The position numbers were made by a program, and so were the translations under genes. Positions 28,161 to 36,160 of a DNA stretch of 64,000 nt are shown here, piece after piece. The stretch spans positions 3,929,375-3,993,374 of the forward strand of contig CBDFJQ010000002.1 of the NCBI GenBank assembly GCA_965248575.1, given 5' to 3'. Position 1 is the stretch's first letter, and each line of letters begins with the position of its first letter. The stretch comes from Planctomycetota bacterium. Its GTDB lineage: Bacteria > Planctomycetota > B15-G4. Below the pieces are notes generated by a model. It made no database searches. It was not told the DNA's origin and worked only from the letters and a program-made list of their open reading frames with translations.

Positions 28161-28514
28161 ATGGAGGCGATGCCGGTCACCAAGTTCCAAGAGGAATGGA
28201 ATGAGATCGCAGTGCGGTGGGGCCTCTACGTGAAGGCGCCGTTCGTGGTCAAACTCATTCACGGAGAAGTCACCGTCCCTGTGCTTCTTCGAGACTTCGG
28301 CGCCTCTCACGGGATGCTACTTGTTACGGACTATGGCCTGATCTCTCCCCACTGGGAGGAACTCGTGAGCCTTGGTTTTGGGTTCTCGTGCCTCAGTGAG
28401 CCTGACGGAGTGAGCCACCCCGACGACGACGAAGCCCTCATGGAGATGCTCTCAGACTGGGGATGGTCGGGAAGCGAGAACCCTCCCGAGTGGTATCGTG
28501 AACCCAGTAGCTAA
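28161..28514 (+). CDS. integron cassette ORF 9: hypothetical soluble protein
   Basis: 117-aa ORF starting 3 nt after attC 8; no recognised motif. Confidence 0.5.
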   Translation: MEAMPVTKFQEEWNEIAVRWGLYVKAPFVVKLIHGEVTVPVLLRDFGASHGMLLVTDYGLISPHWEELVSLGFGFSCLSEPDGVSHPDDDEALMEMLSDWGWSGSENPPEWYREPSS

Positions 28515-28572
28515 CCAGCCGTAGCAGACGGGCCGGGCTGGGCCCGGCCGCTGAACGGCAGGTCCGTTAGGC
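28509..28572 (+). repeat. attC site 9, type B (AGCTAAC ... GTTAGGC)
   Basis: agctaaccagccgtagcagacgggccgggctgggcccggccgctgaacggcaggtccgttaggc. Confidence 0.75.
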
Positions 28573-28591
28573 GCACGAAGGGGGAGTACTG

Positions 28592-29107
28592 ATGCCCGTT
28601 CGATTCGAATGCTCGAAATGCGGACAGGACATCTCGTCGTTCATGCGCGTTGGAGAGACTGCGGAATGTCCATCATGCGGCGCGCGAGTGCAGGTACCTG
28701 CTTCGGCGGAGCGCAGAGGACTTACCTATGAGCCGTCGCAAAGAGGGGGCTACCCAGCGCCGACGATCGCTGACGGGCCCCCGGCGGAGTCGATACCACA
28801 TGCTGAGGCTTTCACCGTGAGGCGGATCCAGGCACGGACGATTCTCCAACTATCTCTGATCGGCCACCTCTGCTTCTGCATTCCGGCTTTTCTGCTCGTG
28901 GGGCTTGGGGCAGCCCTCGGATTCGAGGGCTGGTCGGTAACGTGGAATGACGAACCCGTGACTGGAGTCATGGCCGTGCTTGTAGCTCTGCCTCTTGGCG
29001 TAGGCGCAGGGCTCGGATCCGGCCTCGCCAATGGAACCGTCGCCTGCATTGGCCTCTGGATCTACTCCAGGTTTCGGTGGGTGACGGTCCACTATGCGCG
29101 AGCGTAG
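28592..29107 (+). CDS. integron cassette ORF 10: zinc-ribbon plus transmembrane protein
   Basis: N-terminal CSKCGQ...CPSCGARV (Cx2C...Cx2C) followed by hydrophobic helices. Confidence 0.55.
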   Translation: MPVRFECSKCGQDISSFMRVGETAECPSCGARVQVPASAERRGLTYEPSQRGGYPAPTIADGPPAESIPHAEAFTVRRIQARTILQLSLIGHLCFCIPAFLLVGLGAALGFEGWSVTWNDEPVTGVMAVLVALPLGVGAGLGSGLANGTVACIGLWIYSRFRWVTVHYARA

Positions 29108-29113
29108 CATTGC

Positions 29114-29180
29114 GTCTAGCAAGCGCTTGCGGCGGACTGTCCGCTGCGCGTCCCGCCGCTGAATCGCAACGACGTTAGGC
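29114..29180 (+). repeat. attC site 10 (GTCTAGC ... GTTAGGC), type A variant
   Basis: Same repeat family. Confidence 0.7.
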
Positions 29181-29193
29181 AGAGCAACTGACG

Positions 29194-29613
29194 ATGATCG
29201 AATTCCAGCTGTTGCCCAGAACCTCGGACGGGACAGAAGAGCCACAGCTCTGGTTTCGGGTGCGGCTACGCGGTGAGTTCACAGGAGAGCTCGACCTGCA
29301 ATTGGAGACAGCTGAAGTTCTCTCGTTTGTTGAGCAGCTCGCAGGCTTTCCGAGGTCAACAGAGCAGGTTGAATCGGCAAGGCTCGTCGACCGGCACGCA
29401 GCCAGGTTTGCCGATTTCGAAGTTTCCTGCATCGATCGATCGGGGCATGTCCGCGTTGCAGCCAGCCTTGGGTCGGGTTCAGGGCAGTTTGGCGCTCCTG
29501 TCTGGGACACGGTCACAGCCAACGTCGCAGCCGTTGCGGCTGAGATCGACGTGTTTCAGAAGCAGCTTGTAGCGATCATCAAAGGGATTGAGTCCCATGC
29601 GCGCCTTGCCTAA
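29194..29613 (+). CDS. integron cassette ORF 11: hypothetical protein
   Basis: 139-aa ORF; no recognised motif. Confidence 0.5.
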   Translation: MIEFQLLPRTSDGTEEPQLWFRVRLRGEFTGELDLQLETAEVLSFVEQLAGFPRSTEQVESARLVDRHAARFADFEVSCIDRSGHVRVAASLGSGSGQFGAPVWDTVTANVAAVAAEIDVFQKQLVAIIKGIESHARLA

Positions 29614-29670
29614 CAAGTGCGTGCAGCGGACACCGCTCTGCGGCGCAGCTGACCCACTGAGTCGGTAGAT
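29608..29670 (+). repeat. attC site 11 (GCCTAAC ... GGTAGAT), divergent 3' half
   Basis: 5' half matches type A; 3' half diverged, adjoining a lower-GC cassette. Confidence 0.5.
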
Positions 29671-29686
29671 ATATGAACGGTGTTTA

Positions 29687-30199
29687 ATGAACGAAAAGCA
29701 ACCACGAATAATGCCATCCACTGAGTCCCAATCTCTACCAGGTAAGGGCAAGTCAGGCCGGTTCTGGCAAGGGTTCTGGCTTATATTCCTAGTGGTTTCA
29801 CTTGCCTACGCTTGGTACTCCTTCTATGCGCCTTCCAACCGCATCGCCTGGGCCGATAACTTCACGGCTGCGCAACAACAGGCAGTCAAGTCTGACAAAC
29901 CGATGATTCTCTTTTTCACTGGCAAGTGGTGTTCACCCTGCCAGATCATGAAACGTCAAGTCTGGGCGGATGAACAGGTGATGGCTGCGGTCAATGAGGC
30001 GTTCATCCCTGTGACGATTGACGTGGATGACCCTAATGCGGCCTCGGCATTGAGTCGGTACGGTGTTGGCCTAACGCCAACCACTATCATCACGGATTCA
30101 AAAGGGAATGTCTTGCAACGGAACCACGGGAGGATGAGCAAAACCGAATTCCTCGAATTGTTAGGTGAGATTGATCCATCGACCGTCGAAGATCTGTAA
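29687..30199 (+). CDS. integron cassette ORF 12: thioredoxin-fold protein (WCSPC active site), lower-GC cassette
   Basis: MILFFTGKWCSPCQIMKRQVWADEQV...: CxxC thioredoxin-like motif; N-terminal TM anchor; composition visibly AT-richer than flanks. Confidence 0.65.
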   Translation: MNEKQPRIMPSTESQSLPGKGKSGRFWQGFWLIFLVVSLAYAWYSFYAPSNRIAWADNFTAAQQQAVKSDKPMILFFTGKWCSPCQIMKRQVWADEQVMAAVNEAFIPVTIDVDDPNAASALSRYGVGLTPTTIITDSKGNVLQRNHGRMSKTEFLELLGEIDPSTVEDL

Positions 30200-30251
30200 T
30201 GCTAAGCGACTGCACCGTCTCTCTTCGGGCAATCATTGGTTTCGTTGGACT

Positions 30252-30312
30252 ATCTAACCATTCGTTGCACCAGACCGGCTTCGCCGACAGGTGAACGGCA
30301 AACCCGTTAGCC
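30252..30312 (+). repeat. attC site 12 (ATCTAAC ... GTTAGCC), distinct sequence type
   Basis: Bounded by canonical cores; internal sequence unlike types A/B. Confidence 0.6.
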
Positions 30313-30330
30313 AGATCAACTGAGGTTATC

Positions 30331-31116
30331 GTGGGCACTGCTCCCAGCAATCTCCGATGTCGAATAACGGATGCCGTGTGCAAAGCGTTACGGCCGTTGC
30401 CCCATGTGTTCGCCGGATGGGAGGGCGGGAGCGCTGCCTTCGATCTCGTGGATGAGTACTCCGACATAGACTTGAACTTCTTGTTGGATGACGCGGCCCT
30501 GGTCGATTCCCTTTATGCCGTTGTCGAGTCTGCACTCGAGACTGTGTCGCCGATTTCTACCACCCACTTTGAGCCCCCCGGCCGCTACTACAAATTGAGG
30601 GATGGTGGAGATTTCCTCCTGGTCGATGTGTGCATCTACCAGCCTGGGTCGCTCAGCGAGTGCCTCGACGTTGATCGTCACGGGAAAATTCGGCAGCTCT
30701 TCGACAAGGGGCAGTGGCTACGCAGCGAGACCTCAAGCGTGGTGTCCCAGCGAGCTACCCGAGCCAAGCGTCGGGACGATCTCGAAGAGTGGTTTTCCGT
30801 GAGTCAGAGTTTTGTCCGCAAGGCAATCATGCGCGGCCACGAGGTGGAGGCCTTGGCGGCGTTCTGGGGTTACACGCTCAAGCCACTCGTGGAAATTCTT
30901 CGCATGCGGTATTGCCCCGCACGATGGGACTTCGGCATGCGCTATCTGCAGAGAGATCTTCCAGGTCCTGTGTACGATGAGCTGCGGGGCATCATGTTTG
31001 TCGGAGAGTCTGTCGACCTAGCGGAAAAACTAGCGAAGGCGGTCGCATGGGGAGAGAGGCTACTGAGAGAATCTAAGCCGGGCAGTGAGATTGGACCTTC
31101 GCCAAGGGCTGGCTAA
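30331..31116 (+). CDS. integron cassette ORF 13: nucleotidyltransferase-fold protein
   Basis: GWEGGSAAFDLVDEYSDIDLNF fits the GS-x(n)-D-x-D minimal nucleotidyltransferase motif; substrate unknown. GTG start. Confidence 0.55.
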   Translation: MGTAPSNLRCRITDAVCKALRPLPHVFAGWEGGSAAFDLVDEYSDIDLNFLLDDAALVDSLYAVVESALETVSPISTTHFEPPGRYYKLRDGGDFLLVDVCIYQPGSLSECLDVDRHGKIRQLFDKGQWLRSETSSVVSQRATRAKRRDDLEEWFSVSQSFVRKAIMRGHEVEALAAFWGYTLKPLVEILRMRYCPARWDFGMRYLQRDLPGPVYDELRGIMFVGESVDLAEKLAKAVAWGERLLRESKPGSEIGPSPRAG

Positions 31117-31239
31117 CAAGGCGCTGCAGCTGACCGGCTCATGCGTCGGCGTTCCCAGGTTCTGGTAGTCTCTCGAACACGAAGGCGTTTCGAGGCCGGG
31201 GGCAAATCCCGCTGGCATCTGAGCGCCGGTCCGTTAGCT
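31111..31239 (+). repeat. attC site 13, long form (GGCTAAC ... GTTAGCT)
   Basis: About 129 bp between inverse core and core. Confidence 0.55.
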
Positions 31240-31255
31240 GGGCCAAGGAGCGACC

Positions 31256-31540
31256 GTGTCCAAACCAGCCAAGCTGTCGCTCGTGATGGCGGTGATCGCG
31301 ATGCTCCTGGCAGCTCCATTGTTGGGGGGGCACCAGTTGAGCGTGCATGGTGATCCATACACGTACATCTTCTTCCTCCCGAACATCGTTCCGCTGTTGG
31401 TACTTGAGTCGGCAGGCTATTTGCCAACAGATCACGAGTTGCTTGCGGCTGCCTCCAGTGTCGGGTTCTGGGTCATCACTGGAGCTGCGATTGGGTGGGT
31501 TTCAGTCTGGCGAACCCGAGGAGATCAAGATGCCACATAG
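31256..31540 (+). CDS. integron cassette ORF 14: small membrane protein
   Basis: GTG start; 94-aa hydrophobic ORF. Confidence 0.5.
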   Translation: MSKPAKLSLVMAVIAMLLAAPLLGGHQLSVHGDPYTYIFFLPNIVPLLVLESAGYLPTDHELLAAASSVGFWVITGAAIGWVSVWRTRGDQDAT

Positions 31541-31543
31541 CCA

Positions 31544-31605
31544 GCTACCAGCCGTAGCGGACGGACCGGGCTACGCCCGTCCGCTGAACGGCAGATACGT
31601 TAGCC
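31544..31605 (+). repeat. attC site 14, type B (AGCTACC ... GTTAGCC)
   Basis: agctaccagccgtagcggacggaccgggctacgcccgtccgctgaacggcagatacgttagcc. Confidence 0.7.
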
Positions 31606-31618
31606 GGATCAGGGAGGG

Positions 31619-32095
31619 GTGTTCGATATGTCTAGCCAAGATGTTGCCTCGTTCGTACTGAGGCTCTTGGGCGTCTTATTGCTCGTGACCTCGATTCCGA
31701 TTGCGATGGCCGTCATTGCTGACCAAGGGGGCCCCGGCTTGGGACCACTGACGGCGTCTGTCCTTGTTGGAGTGGCCCTCATTGTTTGGAGTCGGCCGCT
31801 CGGCAGTCGAATCGCTCCGAGCCCTGGCAAGCCCTCCGATGCGAAAGCATTGTCTGTCACGGACTGGCAGGCCATCGCCTTCTCGGCAATCGGCATCATG
31901 GTCATCGTGCGCAGCCTTGAGGCCTTCGCCGACAGTTACTTTCGATCCGAGGCGTTCGGAGCAGAGTTGTGGCCATGGCCCTTCACGGCGGTCCCCCTCT
32001 TGCAGTTGGTGGTTGGAGTCCTCCTGTTCTTCCAAGGGAGGGGTTTGGCCGCCTTCTGGCGCCGTTCGCAAGGAGACGGCGGTTCCAGCGGCTGA
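31619..32095 (+). CDS. integron cassette ORF 15: hypothetical membrane protein
   Basis: 158-aa ORF with 4 hydrophobic segments. Confidence 0.5.
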   Translation: MFDMSSQDVASFVLRLLGVLLLVTSIPIAMAVIADQGGPGLGPLTASVLVGVALIVWSRPLGSRIAPSPGKPSDAKALSVTDWQAIAFSAIGIMVIVRSLEAFADSYFRSEAFGAELWPWPFTAVPLLQLVVGVLLFFQGRGLAAFWRRSQGDGGSSG

Positions 32096-32156
32096 CACGC
32101 GCAAGCAACGGACGGTCCGCTGCGCGCCCCGCCGCTGAACCGCAGATGTGTTAGAC
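32091..32156 (+). repeat. attC site 15, type A variant (... GTTAGAC)
   Basis: gcaagcaacggacggtccgctgcgcgccccgccgctgaaccgcagatgtgttagac. Confidence 0.65.
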
Positions 32157-32178
32157 AGAGTTAGAGAGGAGGAACACG

Positions 32179-32673
32179 ATGGCTGACAGCAACGGCTCGT
32201 CCGTCCAGCGCGCTGCCCAAGCGAGGCGAGATCTCCTGCCTTCGTGGTTGAGGTCCATCTGCGTTCTCGTGGTTCCACTCTCGCTAGCAACCGTAGCGCT
32301 TCTCGCGACCGGCGTTCTCAAGCCCGACTCCTTCGACTTGAAGCTCCTCGGCATCGCCTACGGCGCGCTTTCACAGCCCGCCGCATTGGCCAGCCAGGTT
32401 TTCGTCATTGCGCTGGGTGTCTCCGCTGTTGGTTTGCTCCGCGGCGATGTGTGGGCTCTTGGTCTAGCGAGCTTCCTCAGCATTGTCGGCGTCGCCATGG
32501 CGCCGAGCGTCATCGAGTTCACTGAACCAGGATTCCATCTGAGGTTCGATGCACTGATCTTCGTTTCTCTCATCATTGCCCTGGAAAGGCGTCGAGCAGG
32601 ATGGAAGGCCGTCACAAGATCCAACCCTGTCAAACAAGAGCTTGCAGCGGATGCCGCTCCACCTAACCGCTGA
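32179..32673 (+). CDS. integron cassette ORF 16: hypothetical membrane protein; coding sequence reads through the 5' half of its attC
   Basis: 164-aa ORF; C-terminal ...VKQELAADAAPPNR is encoded by the attC-like sequence caaacaagagcttgcagcgg... Confidence 0.5.
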   Translation: MADSNGSSVQRAAQARRDLLPSWLRSICVLVVPLSLATVALLATGVLKPDSFDLKLLGIAYGALSQPAALASQVFVIALGVSAVGLLRGDVWALGLASFLSIVGVAMAPSVIEFTEPGFHLRFDALIFVSLIIALERRRAGWKAVTRSNPVKQELAADAAPPNR

Positions 32674-32691
32674 ACCACTGAGACGTTGGAC
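32629..32691 (+). repeat. attC site 16, short type A variant (GTCAAAC ... GTTGGAC)
   Basis: Same family, diverged. Confidence 0.55.
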
Positions 32692-32713
32692 GGAGCATTC
32701 AACCTTGGGTCCA

Positions 32714-32959
32714 ATGTCGCCAAGAGTCCTGATGTCAGGTTCCGCGATCGTCGTTGCGGACGTTGGATTTGGGATGGTCATCTGGGGGACCACGGCCTGT
32801 GCCATGAGGGACGAGAGGCTCGGCTGGTGGGGTAGGGTCATGGCCCCAGTCCTTCTTCTCCACGCATTCGGTTTCTGGGTGGTGATGCGAGCGGCCCCGT
32901 GGCTCAAGAGAGCTTCGGACGACAGAGATCAGTTTGCGGGAGGCTCCGGTGCGAGTTGA
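32714..32959 (+). CDS. integron cassette ORF 17: small membrane protein (shares a cassette with ORF 18)
   Basis: 81-aa hydrophobic ORF; no attC between it and the next ORF. Confidence 0.4.
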   Translation: MSPRVLMSGSAIVVADVGFGMVIWGTTACAMRDERLGWWGRVMAPVLLLHAFGFWVVMRAAPWLKRASDDRDQFAGGSGAS

Positions 32960-33536
32960 ATGTCTACTCTGGGACTTCGGGGACACGCTCTGCGACGAGC
33001 TCTCGCTCTGGCGCGCGACCCCCGAATGGATGGATGTCTACCGCTCGTTCGACGATGGGCTTGGCGCCGCTTGGAGCCTGGGCGAGCTCGACACTCCCGG
33101 CTTCGTGGCTGAGTTGGCCAAGCGCATGCCGCTTGCCGAAGCGGAGATCCTCGCGCACTTGAACCGCACCGATCTCTTCGAGTTCTTTCCGTTCACCTAT
33201 GCGTTCTTTCGCGACCGCCACCTTCCCCAGGCCATCGTGACCGTGAATCCCACCTTCTTCTCCGAGGTCGTTGTGCCCGGCTGCGCCTTGGACAACGTCA
33301 CGGACGCTATCGTCGTTTCGGGAGAAGAAGGGACGATTGACAAGGGTGAGCTCTGTCACCGAGCCCTTCAACGCATGGACTTCGACTCTGACCCTTCTCA
33401 CGCGTTGCTGATCGACAACAAGAAATCCAACCTCGACGCCTGGGCGAAGCGAGGCGGTGTCGGGTATTTGTATACGACCGATTCTGCGTTTCGACAGGAC
33501 GTTGCCCGCGGCATTGATCACCTCAGAGAGCGTTAG
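32949..33536 (+). CDS. integron cassette ORF 18: HAD-like hydrolase-fold protein
   Basis: GTG start; (M)RVECLLWDFGDTLCDE resembles HAD motif I; C-terminal LLIDNKKSNLDAWAKRGGVGYLY resembles motifs III/IV. Tentative. Confidence 0.5.
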   Translation: MRVECLLWDFGDTLCDELSLWRATPEWMDVYRSFDDGLGAAWSLGELDTPGFVAELAKRMPLAEAEILAHLNRTDLFEFFPFTYAFFRDRHLPQAIVTVNPTFFSEVVVPGCALDNVTDAIVVSGEEGTIDKGELCHRALQRMDFDSDPSHALLIDNKKSNLDAWAKRGGVGYLYTTDSAFRQDVARGIDHLRER

Positions 33537-33557
33537 GAATCCACGCGCTGGGTCGCC

Positions 33558-33692
33558 CTCTAACAAGCGGTTGCAGGTGACGACCAACAGTTCGCCTCAA
33601 TCGATCCGTGGTACGGTTCTGGCGGCGGGTGCTGCGCCCAAGCGTTCGCGGTCAACGCTGTTGGGCGCAGCTGAATCGCATGTCCGTTGGTC
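33558..33692 (+). repeat. attC site 18, long form (CTCTAAC ... GTTGGTC)
   Basis: About 135 bp, distinct internal sequence. Confidence 0.5.
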
Positions 33693-33719
33693 CGACCTCA
33701 ATCTGTTCTTTTCCGGTAG

Positions 33720-34274
33720 GTGCACGAGTTGAAACGGGTGGTAGTTCTTGACTACGACGCGGCCTGGGCCACGGTCTTCCAGGGGTTGCGTTTACCTGTG
33801 TGGAGTGCTCTTTCTGACATCGCGATCTCCGTGGAGCACGTTGGGAGCACAGCCGTCCCGGGCCTGGCAGCCAAGCCCGTGATTGACTTTGACGTGGTCG
33901 TCCCACAAAGCGAGCAAGCAGAGGCTATCGCGCGACTCTCTTCGCTTGGTTACGTGCACCGGGGTGACTTGGGAGTGCCGCAGCGGGAGGCGTTCCGTCC
34001 TCCGAAGGGTTCTCCGCATCACCATCTCTACCTCTGCCTGCCGACGAGTCCTGCACACGCCAACCACATCGCAATCCGTGACCATCTTCGCGCTCACCCT
34101 ACGGATGCAATGGCCTACGGGGACCTCAAGAGGCGTCTTGCTCAAGAGTTCCCCCACGACATGGACGGGTACATAGAGGGTAAGACCGGTTTCCTGGTCG
34201 CGATTCTTCGCAGGCTTGGCTTTGCGGAGGAAGCTTTGGGCAGCATCGAGCGAATGAACCACCGACCAGGCTAA
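33720..34274 (+). CDS. integron cassette ORF 19: GrpB-family (UPF0157) protein
   Basis: GTG start; ...ISVEHVGSTAVPGLAAKPVIDFDVVV... and overall length match the GrpB family. Confidence 0.7.
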   Translation: MHELKRVVVLDYDAAWATVFQGLRLPVWSALSDIAISVEHVGSTAVPGLAAKPVIDFDVVVPQSEQAEAIARLSSLGYVHRGDLGVPQREAFRPPKGSPHHHLYLCLPTSPAHANHIAIRDHLRAHPTDAMAYGDLKRRLAQEFPHDMDGYIEGKTGFLVAILRRLGFAEEALGSIERMNHRPG

Positions 34275-34411
34275 GCCGGTGAGCCAACACCCCCCTGGGG
34301 CAGACGGAGTCCTTGTCAAACCCGCTGCCCCAGCGCGATACTGTGCGTGAAGTGCGTGGAAGCAACCGGACGCGACAAGGCCTCCGTTGCTGAACCGCAT
34401 GTCCGTTAGGC
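34269..34411 (+). repeat. attC site 19, long form (GGCTAAG ... GTTAGGC)
   Basis: About 143 bp; canonical R' core. Confidence 0.5.
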
Positions 34412-34437
34412 GGTGATTCTGAGCGGCAAGGAGAAGC

Positions 34438-34824
34438 ATGTCCAAACTCGTGATGGGCCTCGGCGTGTTCATTATTCTCGCGAGTCTGTGGGTCCTGGTG
34501 TTTCCGGAGCAACTCGTGTCGCTCACGGACTGGGAATCGCGAGAAATGCTCTACGTCGCAGCCGGGATGAGGGTCGTGATCGGGCTTGTCCTGGTCCTGT
34601 CCGCTTCGTCTACGAGGTCTCCCACGGGCATTCGGGTCGTCGGCGGCCTGACCGTTCTCGCTGGCATCGGCCTTCTGTTCATTCCAATCGATTTGTGGAG
34701 GGACCTGATTCAGTATTGGCTCGTTGACAACCTCGCCATGTATCGCTTCGGTGGTGGGGCATTCGGAATACTGATTGGCGCCTTCTTCGTGCATGCATCC
34801 TCGCCCAAGACGCCTTCCGCCTGA
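34438..34824 (+). CDS. integron cassette ORF 20: hypothetical membrane protein
   Basis: 128-aa ORF with 4 hydrophobic segments. Confidence 0.5.
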   Translation: MSKLVMGLGVFIILASLWVLVFPEQLVSLTDWESREMLYVAAGMRVVIGLVLVLSASSTRSPTGIRVVGGLTVLAGIGLLFIPIDLWRDLIQYWLVDNLAMYRFGGGAFGILIGAFFVHASSPKTPSA

Positions 34825-34885
34825 GATGCGCTTGCAGCGAATCGTCCGCTGTGCGCCCCACCGCTGAATCGCAGATACGTAAGCC
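34818..34885 (+). repeat. attC site 20, type A variant (GCCTGAG ... GTAAGCC)
   Basis: gcgcttgcagcgaatcgtccgctgtgcgccccaccgctgaatcgcagatacgtaagcc. Confidence 0.6.
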
Positions 34886-34899
34886 ACGGAGTAGGGCAA

Positions 34900-35262
34900 T
34901 TGATCAAGTTCATCATGTGTTTGAGGCGCCGCCGAGGGATGACCCGCGAGGACTTCAAGGAGTACTGGAAGAACAAGCACGGCCCGTTCTTCATGAAGAA
35001 TGCAGAGAAGATGGGTGCCAAGAAATACGTGCAGTCTTACACCTTGAATACGCCACTGAATGAAGGCCTCAGGACTTCCAGGGGTATGCTTCCTGAATAT
35101 GATGGTCTTGCGGAAGTCTGGTTCGATTCAGAAGAAGCACTCCTGGAGGGAATGAGTTCTCCGGAAGGGCAACGACTGGGCGCGGCCTTGCTGGAGGATG
35201 AGGGCAACTTCATCGATCACTCGAAGTCCTCGGCGTTCATTGTTGAAGAGCACGAGTTCTAG
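34900..35262 (+). CDS. integron cassette ORF 21: EthD-like (dimeric alpha/beta-barrel) protein, lower-GC
   Basis: ...DGLAEVWFDSEEALLEGMSSPEGQRLGAALLEDEGNFIDHSKSSAFIVEEHEF matches the EthD-family C-terminal pattern; TTG start in track, ATG 34915 alternative. Confidence 0.6.
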   Translation: MIKFIMCLRRRRGMTREDFKEYWKNKHGPFFMKNAEKMGAKKYVQSYTLNTPLNEGLRTSRGMLPEYDGLAEVWFDSEEALLEGMSSPEGQRLGAALLEDEGNFIDHSKSSAFIVEEHEF

Positions 35263-35291
35263 AGTCGCTGGCCCAACCGGACGAGGTATCT

Positions 35292-35819
35292 GTGGGACAA
35301 CTCCCAGAACTGCCTTCGGACAGCGACCTTGAGATCCTCACGCCGCGTCTGAAACTGGTGCCGATGCGCAGCGTGCACGCTGCGATCATGTTCCCCGTTC
35401 TGTCGGACGCCAAGCTCTACGAGTTCATCGGCGGTTCCCCTCCGTCTTCAGAAGAGTCGCTTGCGGATGTCTACGCCTCACGGGAATCGCGTCGATCGCC
35501 CGGTGGCGACCAACTTTGGCTCAACTGGCTCATGTGGGAGTCAGAGCAAGGGGAGGCCGTGGGATACACGCAGGCAACGGTCCATCCGACGCACGCCTAC
35601 GTGGCTTGGCTCGTTGACACGCGGTGGCAAGGTCTTGGCCATGCGTCTGAAGCGGCAACGGCTCTCGTGAGGTGGCTGGTTGCACTAGGTGTGCAAGAGA
35701 TTCGGGCGTGTGTGAACCTGGGCCACACGGCCAGTCGACGAGTGGCGCACAACGCTGGTCTGCGCATGACCAAGGACTTCATCGATGGTGAGGAAGCGTG
35801 GGCGTATCGTGCTCCGTGA
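35292..35819 (+). CDS. integron cassette ORF 22: GNAT-family N-acetyltransferase (RimJ/RimL-like)
   Basis: GTG start; LETPRLKLVP-like N-terminus (ILTPRLKLVPM) and acetyl-CoA-binding-like WQGLGHASEAATALVRW; no attC between ORF 21 and 22. Confidence 0.65.
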   Translation: MGQLPELPSDSDLEILTPRLKLVPMRSVHAAIMFPVLSDAKLYEFIGGSPPSSEESLADVYASRESRRSPGGDQLWLNWLMWESEQGEAVGYTQATVHPTHAYVAWLVDTRWQGLGHASEAATALVRWLVALGVQEIRACVNLGHTASRRVAHNAGLRMTKDFIDGEEAWAYRAP

Positions 35820-35829
35820 CGACCGGTTT

Positions 35830-35900
35830 CGGCTCCTGCATAGGGCATCAAGGAGACGCCGAGCATGGGCGTCGCTCCCTGCCATCTGAGCGGGTTAGAA
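35830..35900 (+). repeat. degenerate attC-like site 22 (ends GTTAGAA)
   Basis: 3' end ...catctgagcgggttagaa resembles the 3' end of attC 13; 5' inverse core not recognisable. Confidence 0.3.
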
Positions 35901-35938
35901 TTCTGCCCAGCCCGGCGGAGCCCACCATCCCACCCCTC

Positions 35939-36160
35939 TTGAAATTCGGCGTCCCCTTGGGCCTGCTGGTCGTCGGCGTCCTCGTCCACTTCCTGGCAAA
36001 GGCCTACGACCGGGCGCGCGTCCGGTGGGCGCAGCGACGTGACCGCGCCTCGGCCGCATGGGTCGGGGGCCTGGCGATCTGCCTCATCGCCGCAGGGCTT
36101 GGCGTAGCCTTCCTGGTGGCAGGGCTGCTCATGGTCGTGTCGATGCCGATGGGGTTCTAA
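35939..36160 (+). CDS. integron cassette ORF 23 (last): small membrane protein
   Basis: TTG start after attC-like core; hydrophobic 73-aa product; stop TAA inside a TTCTAAC inverse-core-like heptamer with no downstream R' core, marking the array end. Confidence 0.4.
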   Translation: MKFGVPLGLLVVGVLVHFLAKAYDRARVRWAQRRDRASAAWVGGLAICLIAAGLGVAFLVAGLLMVVSMPMGF

